Of a stretch of 64,000 bases of DNA, positions 1 through 10,580 are shown piece after piece. This stretch comes from Amoebidium appalachense. Taxonomy: Eukaryota; Protista; Ichthyosporea. The translations under genes and the position numbers were made by a program. Numbering within the stretch: the stretch's first letter is position 1; each line of letters opens with the position of its first letter. Location of the stretch: assembly GCA_963693365.1 (NCBI GenBank), contig CAVNZM010000009.1, forward strand, positions 1,738,231 through 1,802,230. Reading direction: 5' to 3'. The notes beneath the pieces were generated by a model. The model was not told the DNA's origin. It saw nothing but the letters and a program-made list of their open reading frames with translations, and ran no database searches.

Positions 1-43
1 AACCCCTATCCTCTCCCCCTCCCCTCCCCTTGATCCCCCCCTC

Positions 44-79
<36 letters not shown>

Positions 80-109
80 ATCCCTCCCCACCCCCCTCTC
101 CCCTATCAG

Positions 110-1094
110 GTTGCCGTATGCAACCTAGCCTCTCTTGCCCTTCCCCAATACGTCGTCAACACACCGGAGGGCCCCAAGTTCGACCACGACAAACTGCGCC
201 AGGTGACGCGTGTAGTGACGCACAATCTTAACAAGATCATTGATATCAACTACTACCCGGTGCCTGAGGCCAGAAAGTCAAACATGCGCCATAGGCCCAT
301 CGGCATTGGTGTGCAGGGCCTGGCTGATGCTTTCATCAAGATGCGCTTCCCCTTTGACAGGTGGGTGTGCTGTGAGGGGATAGGAGGGGGGGGGGGGGGG
401 GGGGGAGGGGGGGGGGGAGGGGGATGGATGGTGTGTGTGTTGCAGAGACGGGAGGGAGGGATTAGTGGTGTGTGTGAATAGGAGGGATTTGGGGGGAAAG
501 GGTAAGGGGAGAAGGGAAAGCCTTGGAAAGAGGAGAAAACGGGGAAGGTACGAAGATCAAGAGAACGTTGTGTTTGGAAAAGGCTGGGGGAAGGGGGAGA
601 GGGAAATGACTTTAAGAGTTAAGTCATGTGTACTATGCTCTTCCGCCCCTGCCCTCCCCCCCCCCCTCCCCCCCCCCGTGCTTCCCCCTCTCATTCCCAT
701 CCCCATTTCCCCCCCAACACTTGGGGCCTTCCTGGCTCTATCCGTTGTACATAGTTTGTGCCTCATTCTTGCATATCCACACTACATTATTCGTTAGTAG
801 AGGTGCACTTTACACTTAGCTCACAAACAAACCCCCACACCTACCGACTTCCCGCCCTCCCCCTCCCCCCCCCCCCCCCCCCCACCACCACCACCACCGC
901 CGCCACCACTTTTCTTTTCTCACCTTGTCATGTGCAGCCCCCAGGCACGCCAGCTCAACACTGAGATCTTTGAGACCATTTACTACGCGGCTGTGGAGGA
1001 GAGTGTGGCTATGGCTGAGAGGGATGGGCCCTACGAGACATACCAGGGTAGCCCGGCTAGCAAGGGCATCCTGCAGGTGTGTGTGTGTGTGTGT

Positions 1095-1145
<51 letters not shown>

Positions 1146-1806
1146 GTGTGTGTGTGTGTGTGTGTACTGTGTGTGTGTGTGTGTGTGTGTATTGTGTGTG
1201 TGTGTGTGTCGGTGACATTCCCTGTATGCACACGTGCGTTAGTGCCCTTGCTGCATGTGTGTGGTAAATACATATATTCTTGCTTGTGCACTACACGGGT
1301 TGCTGTCCCATATTCTGCACGAATGCCACAGCGTTTATTAAACGGAGGCGAGATCTGAAAGCGTCTTTCCTCTTAGCCCATCCACAATTCACCTTGCAAC
1401 ATCAAAACAGGAACACATACCCCAACTTGCTAACCCATCTCTTTGCACCCCCCATCACTCACTCATCCACCCATTGCAGTTTGACATGTGGAACGTCACA
1501 CCCAGCAGCCGGTGGGACTGGGCCAGTCTCAAGGCCAAAATGGCCAAGCATGGTCTCAGAAACAGCCTGCTGGTGGCCCCCATGCCCACGGCTTCCACGG
1601 CTCAGATCCTCGGGAACAACGAGTCCATCGAGCCCTACACAAGCAACATCTACACTCGCCGTGTGCTGTCCGGAGAGTTCCAGGTGTGTGTGTGGGTGTG
1701 TGTGTGTGTGTTGTGGGTGTGTGTGTGTGTTGGTCTGTTGTCGTTTGGTGGGAAGGTTTAGCTGTTTTTCCTATTTGCTCCTCTCCTCCTTCCCCCTCTC
1801 CCCCTC

Positions 1807-1837
<31 letters not shown>

Positions 1838-2198
1838 ATACACATCCTCCTCCTTCGCACCACTTCTCCCCTTATAGAGCCTCTTCTGATTCCCTCTTTC
1901 TCACCACGGCCCCCTCCCCCCCCCCCCCCCCCCCCCCTCTCTTCTCCTTCCCTCCTTCTATGTTCCTTGAGGTGTTCATGCCATATTTTAAACTTAACTT
2001 ATGTAACACACTCTCTGAGGGGCTGCAAACCACAAAGTTTTAACCCAATATCCCCACAGGTTGTGAACCACCACCTGCTCAAGGATCTGACTGAGAGGGG
2101 CCTATGGACGGAGGAGATGAAGAATCGTGTGATTGCGGCTAATGGCTCCATTCAGGATGTCGATGGCATCCCCAGTGAAATCAAGGTGTGTGCCCGCC

Positions 2199-2235
<37 letters not shown>

Positions 2236-2647
2236 ACCACCACCACCACCACCACCACCACCACCACCATCCCAGCAAACAACATTCAACAAACAACATA
2301 CAAACACGTACACACATACACAGACACACACACCATATTCCCCTCTGCGAAAAATGAAACAGAAAAAAAAAAGAAGGAAACAAAAGAAAACACCTTGGTC
2401 TTGAAAGTTGGGGGTGGGAATCTGAGAGAACTGCTTCCTTTACTTTCGGTTGTTTTGTATTGCCACATAACTGACATCCATGTTCCTTTTTTACTCCCCT
2501 CCCCCCCCCCCCCCCCCCCCCCCCTCTCCCCGTCCCTCCACTCTCTCCACTCTTCCCCCCTTCCCCCCCTCCTGCCGCTTGTTCTCTCATCTGCCCCTCC
2601 CTGCCCTCCCTCACACACACTTACACACACACACACACGCACGCACG

Positions 2648-2699
<52 letters not shown>

Positions 2700-3034
2700 C
2701 TCTCTACAAGACTGTGTGGGAGATCTCTCAGAAGGTGCTAATCGACATGGCAGCCGACCGTGGAGCCTACGTGTGCCAAAGCCAATCCTTTAACGTGCAC
2801 ATTGCAGACCCCAACTTCGGCAAACTCACATCCATGCACTTCTATTCGTGGAAGAAGGGCCTTAAGACCGGCATGTACTACCTTCGATCCCGCCCAGCTG
2901 CAAACGCTATTCAGTTTACAGTCGATAAGAGCAAGTTGAAGCAGGCTGCAAAGGGACGTACACCGGAGGAGGAGGAAGAAGCAATGATGTGTTCTCTGCA
3001 GAATAAGGAGGCCTGCGTTATGTGCAGTGGGTAG
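110..3034 (+). CDS. RRM1: Ribonucleoside-diphosphate reductase large subunit (class Ia R1), 3' part; exons ~110-360, 938-1076, 1480-1683, 2060-2185, 2699-3034; 5' part lies upstream of the window
   Basis: Spliced translation gives VAVCNLAS (catalytic Cys), [60 protein letters not shown] and C-terminal [12 protein letters not shown] introns keep the frame. Confidence 0.97.
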
Positions 3035-4214
3035 ATTCGTGCTGCCCAATCGAGGGAGGTTTTTCGTTGGTTCTGACTGTGTAAACATAGCAAGTGCATC
3101 TAATGGGGGGTGCATGTGAGATTGTAGTGATGGTGGGTTGAGGGAGTGAGGATTCGAACATAGCAAGTGCGCACACATGTTATTAGCAGCTTGTGCGACG
3201 ATTTTTTTTTGTTGGTGGGGCGGGGGGGATTTTTTCTGGACTTGCGCCATAAATCTGGATCTGCCTTTCTTCTAACGGCCATATGGTCACGGTCATGGAT
3301 TTTAGACCATAAGGAATTTACCTAAGTTATTACACGCCAGTACTCTTTCTACAGGAACCCTTGCTTTGGCGAATTCTCTTATATTGTCTTTACCAGCCGA
3401 TATTGTCTTTACCAGCCGTTGTTTTAATGTAGCCCAGTTTCTTTGAATGAAGTGTACATTTCGAATATTCAGCTAGATGCCTAGATAATCGCAAGGCATC
3501 TTAACCGCATAATTAACGCCAAATGTTAGATTGATAGAGCAATATGGCCGAGTGGTCGTGCCTATATGGCAGAAGCATGTGTTCATACGACTCCATACAT
3601 AGCATAGAAACAATAATAGTAACGGAAATCGTATTTGTGTGCCTGGGCATTGGGATGCCCCCACTTTCCCCCCATTCCAACCACCACCAGCACCACGCCA
3701 CCCCACATACACACACACGCACACGCACACACACACACAAGGATGCAAACCCCTCAAAATCGGAGCGTAGGAAGTGGATAGGTGCCCGTGCGTACGTGTA
3801 CGTCTGTGTGTGTAATGTGTGTTCAAATTTGTGTGCCTGCGCTTGCGAAACATACTCAAAAACAAAAGGATTGAACAAAAAAACCACATCGATAAATTCC
3901 TCCCTCACTTGTAAGCCTCATGAATGTGGTTACCCGATATATGCCATAACCTTTTGTCAACCTTATTATAACAATTTACCTCCCTCCGTGTGTTTTTGCT
4001 TCAGCTTGTGTCCGTGTGTGTTGCGTATGTGTGTGGGGAGGTGGAAAGGCATGTGTGATTTCCTGTGTGTGTGTGTGCACGCGCTAAGTGGACGTAGAAG
4101 GATATGGTCTTCGAATCCATGGGGGGGGGGGGGGGGGGGGGGGGGATTGTCAATGGTACCGCACAGTGACCTAGTTGCCTGGAGTGAGGTGCCTGGCAAG
4201 AAGAAAACCCGACT

Positions 4215-4661
4215 TACCATATTTGGGGTACATAACCAGAGCGGCTACCTGATTGGCTGAAATTTCAAACCATTCGAATGAGGTGGAATGATCAAGGAAA
4301 CATTTTGTTTTAAATTTGGAAGGTGGGGGTGTGGCTCAATCGCATTGGCCAACTCGATGATGACATGCCGCAAGTCACCCCGGGGCCGGCATTCCTTATA
4401 TAGTACCAGGTGTTGTCCACTTTGTCTGGTTTTTTTTTTTTCTTTTTTTTTTTTTGGGGGGGGGGGGGAGGGAGGGGGGGGGGGGGGGGGAGGGGGTAGT
4501 TCAAGCTTTTCAAGACCAATGGAATTTGGCGGAAGCTTCGAGAATCTTTAGGGACGTAGGGAAGAACCTCGTCCCACGGGATGGAGGGGATGGAAGCATA
4601 GATAAGGCAGGGGGTAACGGTGGATCCGGGGGGATAAAAGTATTTGGGTGGATGGCAGGAG

Positions 4662-4701
<40 letters not shown>

Positions 4702-7700
4702 GGGGGGGAGACGGAGAAAGGGGAGGAGATGGAGGGGAGGAGATGGCGGGGAAGGGGGGAGGGGGGGGGGAGACACAACGTGCATGTGACTAGAGGAGAC
4801 ATACTGCCTAGCTCCGAGTAAGAAGCCAAATGAATTTTTGTGTGATTTATTAGCCTCTTGCCAGCTGTGGACACGATCGAAAGACGGGGTAAGAGAAAGG
4901 GGTCGAGATAGACGAGGTGTTGGAGGGGGTGAAGGGGGGACGGGGGGGGGGAGGAGGGGGGGGGGGGGGGGGGGGGGGGAGGGGGGGGGGGGGAGGGCGG
5001 GGGGAGGGGGTGGGGGGGGGGGGGATGGTGGATGGCAATGGGGGATGGAGAAACCAGGGAGGGGAAAGGGGGAGGAGGGAGGGTTGACGGGAGGGGGGAT
5101 GGGGCGTGGGGAGATGAGAAGGTAATATGGTTGGTAGCCGTAGATGCAATGAAGAAAAGGGGGGGAGGGGGAGGGGGGAGAAGTGGGGCAGAGGAGGGGG
5201 CAGGAAGGGACTTTGAGGAGATGACGTGTCTGAGGGCGCATGGGGAAGGGTGTGTCCCCTAAGCCCGCTCCTCCCCCCCCCCCTCCCCCCATTCCACCCT
5301 GCCCACACACCCCAACCCTCACCCTACCCCACCCCCCATCCCCTCCCCGCGAATTGGGAGCAAGGGACGGGGAATGGGGAAAAGAAGAGAGGGGGGTGTT
5401 GGTTTAACAGAGAAAGAAAAGCAGGGAAAAGTCTTTGAGAGTAGGAGAAAGAGCCTCAACAAGAATAAAGCTGTGTGTTTGTTTGTGTATCTGGGTGTTT
5501 GTTTGCATCGACCCTTGTCTGTATTTTGTCCCCCCGTAGTGTGCCTTGTGACACCGTGGATTTGGACCTGCATGCAATACTTCATTAGTCTCGTGTTTTG
5601 TTTGTGGAAAGAATGGGGAAGGGACCGCCGGAAGAAAAGGGGCGGGGGGGGGGGGGGGGGGAGGGGGGGGGGAGGTGTTGCGTTTTAAGATTTTGAGATG
5701 TACGGGTGTTTTGAAGGTGCTTTTGAAGGCATGTGTATTCCTTAGGGCTAGACGGATAGACAGGTAAGCCGGTATGTGTGTGTTATGTGTATGTGTATTT
5801 GGGCGGGTAGGGCGGGGGGGGGGAGGGGGGGAGGGGGGGGGGGGGAGGGGAGCCATAAACCTAAAAAACTACTATGTTCCAATACCGTGTACGGCAGCAA
5901 ATGAACGTATGCACCTTGCACAAGGCAAGTTCGCCGGTGTGTAATCTGTGTGCCCTGGATCAAAGGGCCCCCGAGAGAGGGGGGGGAGGGGAGGGGGGGG
6001 GGGGGGGGAGGGGGGGGGGAGGGGAGGGGAAGTGGGGGGAGGGGGGGAGAGAGGGCGGGGGGAGGGAGGGGGGGGACCGTTGATAAACGTTTGTGGTGGT
6101 GGTGGTGGTGGTGCATGTGGTGGTGACGGCGGTGGGAGGGGGGAAGAAGGGGTGGGAGGGCGGGGGGAGGGAGGGCAGGAGGGGGGGGGGGGGGGGGAGG
6201 GCGAGAGGGGGAGAGGGCCAACCTTCCATATTTGGGGAACATGACCAGAGTGGCTAACTGATTGGCTGACATTTCAAACCTTGAAAATGGGGTCGAATGA
6301 TTGGAAATATCGAGTGTTAATTTGGAGGGTGCGAGAAGAACCCAAATCGCATTGGCCTATTGGATGTTTACGTGCTCACCCGGAACTTTGCATATAGTAA
6401 CGGTCCTAAATACGAGTGGCCTTATCGATGCACACTCTGTTCTTTGGGGAGGGGAGGGAAGGGGGGAGGAGAGGGGGGGGGGAGGGGGGGGGGGTTGAGT
6501 TGGTAATGCTTCCCAAACCAGGTGCTGCTTGTGCCACTGGGTGTGTGTATGTTTGGGGAGGGGGCGGGGGGGAAGGGGGGAAGAGGGGGGGGGGAGGGGA
6601 GGGGGGAGGGGGGCAGGGGGGAAGGGGGTAGTACTGAGTTCAACAACCAGGTGCCGTGTGTGTGGCTGTACATGGCCAATGAAATAGCCCCAAGCTTCGA
6701 GAATCTATAAATATTGTACAAACAGAAAGGCATTCGGCCCAAGGGGATGAAACATAGGGAAGAGAAGCGGGCAGGGATAAATCCCGGGGGATAATAGGGT
6801 TTAGGGGGATGGCGGGGGAGGGGGAGAGCGGGCAGGCGGGGGGGGGGGGGGGGGGAGGGGGGTGGAGGGGGGGGGGGGGGAAGAGGGAGGGGGGGTTTGT
6901 TTGGGGGAGGGGAGGAGAGAAGGGGTAGGGATACAGTGTGCATGTGGTGGGGGAGACATGCTGCCTGTCTCCGATCAAGAAGCCAAAAGAGGTTGTTATA
7001 TAATTTTAACAGCCTCTTCCCACTGGCTGTCGACACGATCAAAAGACGGGGTAAGAGAAAAAGATGGAAATAGACGAGGTTTGGGAGGGGGAATGGAAAG
7101 AAGAGGGGAGGGGCGGGGGACGGGGGATGGGGATGGGGGTTAGGGAAAGCAAGGAGGGGAAGGAGGGGTAGGGGTGGGGTTGGGGGTAACGGGGGAAGGG
7201 GTGGAGATGAAAAGGTGATCGTTGGTAGCCTCAGATGATAAGAGAAAAAGATATCAAGGGGGAGGGGGAGGGGGGATAGGGGGAGGGGGGGAGGCAGAGA
7301 GGGGAAGAAGCGGTGGGGAGGAAGGGACTGTGAGGAGATGACGTGTCTGAGGGTGGGGAGAGGTGTGTCCCCTAAGCCTGCCCCCCCCTCCCCCCCCCCC
7401 CCCCCCCCCCCACACACACATACCCTTTCATTCTCTCCCCCTCTTCCCCTAAATTCTGGGGGGAGGGAGAGGGGGTGCGGTGGGGTAGGTTGCGTCTCCC
7501 CTCCCCTCTCCCCCCCCCCCCCCCCTCCCCCTCCCCCTCCCTCTCCCACCCACACACACAGCCCCATTCCACCCCCAACCCACCCCCACCCCACCCCCAC
7601 CCCCACCCCCTTCCCCCAGAATCGGAAGGAAGGAGGGATAGAAAAAGGGGGTGAGAAGGGGCGGGGGTGGGGGGGCGGGGGTGGGGGGGGAGAGGGAGAC

Positions 7701-8073
7701 GACAGAGAGAGAGACAAAGGATTTGAGTGCAGGAGAAAGGGCCTCAACAGGGATAAAGCTGTGTGTTTGTTTGCGTATCTGGGTGTTTGTTTGCATCGAT
7801 ACTTGAATGTACTATGCCCTCCCGTAGTGTGTCTTGTATGGTCCGTGTACCTGCCTGTAATACTTCATTGACCTTGTGTTTGTGGAAGGGAAGGGATGGA
7901 GGGGAAGGGGGAGGAGGAGGTGGTGGTGGTGGGGTGGGAGGGACGGGGTGGGAGGGGAGAATGGTGTGGAAGCGAAGGTGCGATTGGGATACGCACGGGT
8001 GTCTTGAAGGTGCTTTCAGGTGCATGTGCATTCCTGAGGGCTTGCCATACAGGCAAGTCGATATGTGTATGTT

Positions 8074-8085
<12 letters not shown>
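4215..8085. repeat. Diverged tandem duplication of a ~1.6-1.9 kb non-coding unit (copy 1 ~4215-5810, copy 2 ~6224-8085)
   Basis: Colinear shared islands: CCATATTTGGGG-ACAT-ACCAGAG-GGCTA-CTGATTGGCTGA (4218/6226), AAGCTTCGAGAATCT (4533/6692), ACACGATC-AAAGACGGGGTAAGAGAAA (4870/7033), GAGGAGATGACGTGTCTGAGGG (5215/7332), ATAAAGCTGTGTGTTTGTTTG-GTATCTGGGTGTTTGTTTGCATCGA (5466/7753). The islands are separated by unrelated G-rich spacers. Confidence 0.8.
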
Positions 8086-8139
<54 letters not shown>

Positions 8140-9021
8140 GTCACAGAACCAATTCTTACAAGTGCTTGAGTGAGGTCTAAGTAAAAATTAACATGAACCG
8201 ACGTCTCCCTGTCACATAGAAAAGGTAACAAAGAGGTGGAAGGTACGTCAGACATGGAAGCATAAAAAGGGAAAGGGGAATCGGGATGGACTATGTGAGT
8301 GGGTGGAGGCTGGTGAGAGGGGCCGAGGGGGGGGGGGGGGGGGGGGGGGAAGGGGGGGGGGGGAAGGAGGGGGGGGGGAACTCCGGGAGGGAGGGGGTGG
8401 GGGGGGGGGGGGGGGGTGAGGGGGGGTGGGGGGATTGGGGTTGTTGTCATTTCAGCGTAAGTGGCAAGCAGCAAGGGGCGGATAACAGAGAGGAGCTAGA
8501 GCGAGTGGGAAATGGGGAAGGGTGTGTGTGTGTGTGTGGGCGCGCATGCGTATTTGGGTGTTTGGGTGTTTGGGTGGGTGGGTGGGTGGGTGTTTGGTGG
8601 TGGTGGTGGGGGGGGGGGGGGGGGGAGGGTAGAAGAGGGAGACGTCAGATTGTATGTTGAGACTAGGCCTTTAGACCTAAAATGTGCAGGGAGTTGTAAA
8701 TGACAATACCACGGTATATGATATCGAGTTCGCACACTTAATTTTCTGTGCAATTTTTCTAGGTGATTGTTTTCTCGTGTGTAAATAGCAATAGCAAAGA
8801 ACCTCGGGTAGACGCCGAGAAGGGAGAGAAACGGTCGGGTAAAGGAGCGGTGGGGGGGGAGGGGGAAGGGGCGGCAGAGGAGGGGGCGGGGGAAGAAAGA
8901 GGAAAGGGGGAAGGGGGGGAAGGAGAGAGAGATGGAGGGAGGGAGGGGGGGATAGGGGGACGAAGGGACGGGAGGGGGTGGGGACGAAGGGGGAAAGGGG
9001 CAGGAGGGGGGTGGGAGAAAA

Positions 9022-9054
<33 letters not shown>

Positions 9055-9949
9055 CGAAGGAGCGGGGGAGGGGGAAAGGGGGGGAAGGGACGGGAGGGGG
9101 GTTGGAGAGAAGGAGGGAAAAGGGCAGGGGGGAGGGGGGGGGAGGGGGAGAGAGGGGGCGGCGGGGGGGGGGGGGGGGGGAGGGGGAGAGAGGGGGAGAG
9201 GGGGAGGGGGAGGAACGGACGGGAGGGGGTGGAAAGGAAGTGGCAGTGGGGCAGGAGGTGGGTGGGGGGATATGGGAGGGGAGGAACAGAGCGAGAGAAG
9301 GGTAGAGGAATGGGGGAGGGACGGAGAAAGGGAAGGGTGGGGGATGGTGGGCTAGGGTTGGGGGGTGATGGGGGAAGGGACGGGTGGGGGGGTGAAGTGG
9401 AAGGGGGAAAGGGGCAGGAGGGGGGGTCGGGGGGCGGGAGGGAGCAGAGAGCGAGAGAACTGTGGAGAAGTCGGGTAGGGTAGGCTAGGGTTGGGGGGTG
9501 AGGGGGGGAAAGGACGGGAAGTGTAGTGGACAGGAAGGGTTTAAGGAGCAGGAGGCAGGGACAGGGGGGGGGGGGGGGGGGTGGCCTTAAATGGGCGGGA
9601 GGCGGGGGGGAGAGAGGAAGGAGGGGGGGGGTGGGGGTGGGGAGGGGGGAAGGGGGGAAGGGAATATGGGGGTGGGGGTGGGGGTGGGGAGTAAGAAAAA
9701 GTGGTGTAGACGGGACTAATGAGGAAGAAGCAAAATATAATTGGATGAGTTTATAATGTTTAATGCTCCTTTTCTGTGAGCACAGCTCACCAAAATTCAT
9801 TGGTCGGGTTCTACGTATGTTTTGTTCCTATCCTCTTGTTGGTTTGTACAGGTCTTAAGTTACTTGAAATTTATCCCGGTGCTGCATGCTAATTCCAATC
9901 TCGGCATAACAAGAAGGTGGTCTAGAAACTATATGTGAAGACAAACTGT

Positions 9950-10533
9950 TTAGGGATGTGGTGGCACCACGTTCTCAGCATATTGGCCGTGGATGTTGCC
10001 AGCCGGCCAATAATCAACCACAACGAAATAAGCGCCGTTTGGTGCACGGGCCACACCGACGCCGATTTGTTGGGTGTCCTTCCACACCATTTGTGTGAAG
10101 TGGCCTGTGGAACAGATCCTGTGAGTAAGTGCTGCCCATGCTCGTGCTGCAGAAAATCCGCTGCCTAAGTGTGCATGATTGTATGGGTGGATAGAAACGA
10201 ACGATTGCTAATCTTTTTGTGCTTATTTCGGGGAGGAGGAGGGGGGGGGGGGGGGGGGGTAAGAAAGGGAAAGAAGGCGTAGGGAGGCGCGGAAGGGAGG
10301 GGGGGGGGGGGGGGGGGGGAAGATGAAGGGGGAGGGGGATACGGGGGAGGGGGAAGGGGAAGAGCAAGGGGTTGAGGGGGGAAGGCCGGACGGGGAGAGG
10401 GGGGGGGGGGGGGGGGGGGAGGTGCTGATGACCGTGCGTGCGTGTGTGTGTATGTTTTTTGTGTATGTGTGTTGGGGGGGGGGGGGGGGGGGGGGAGGAG
10501 AGAGAGAAGGGCAAGTACGAGGTGTGTGTGTGT

Positions 10534-10580
<47 letters not shown>

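Noticed and set aside
3381-3418. 19-bp direct repeat ATATTGTCTTTACCAGCCG x2 downstream of RRM1
   Set aside because: A simple local slippage duplication with nothing inserted between the copies.
4288-9800. Long Pro/Gly-rich ORFs (e.g. 6422-7747, 8496-9800)
   Set aside because: Translations of poly-C/poly-G tracts with no domain signal or exon structure.
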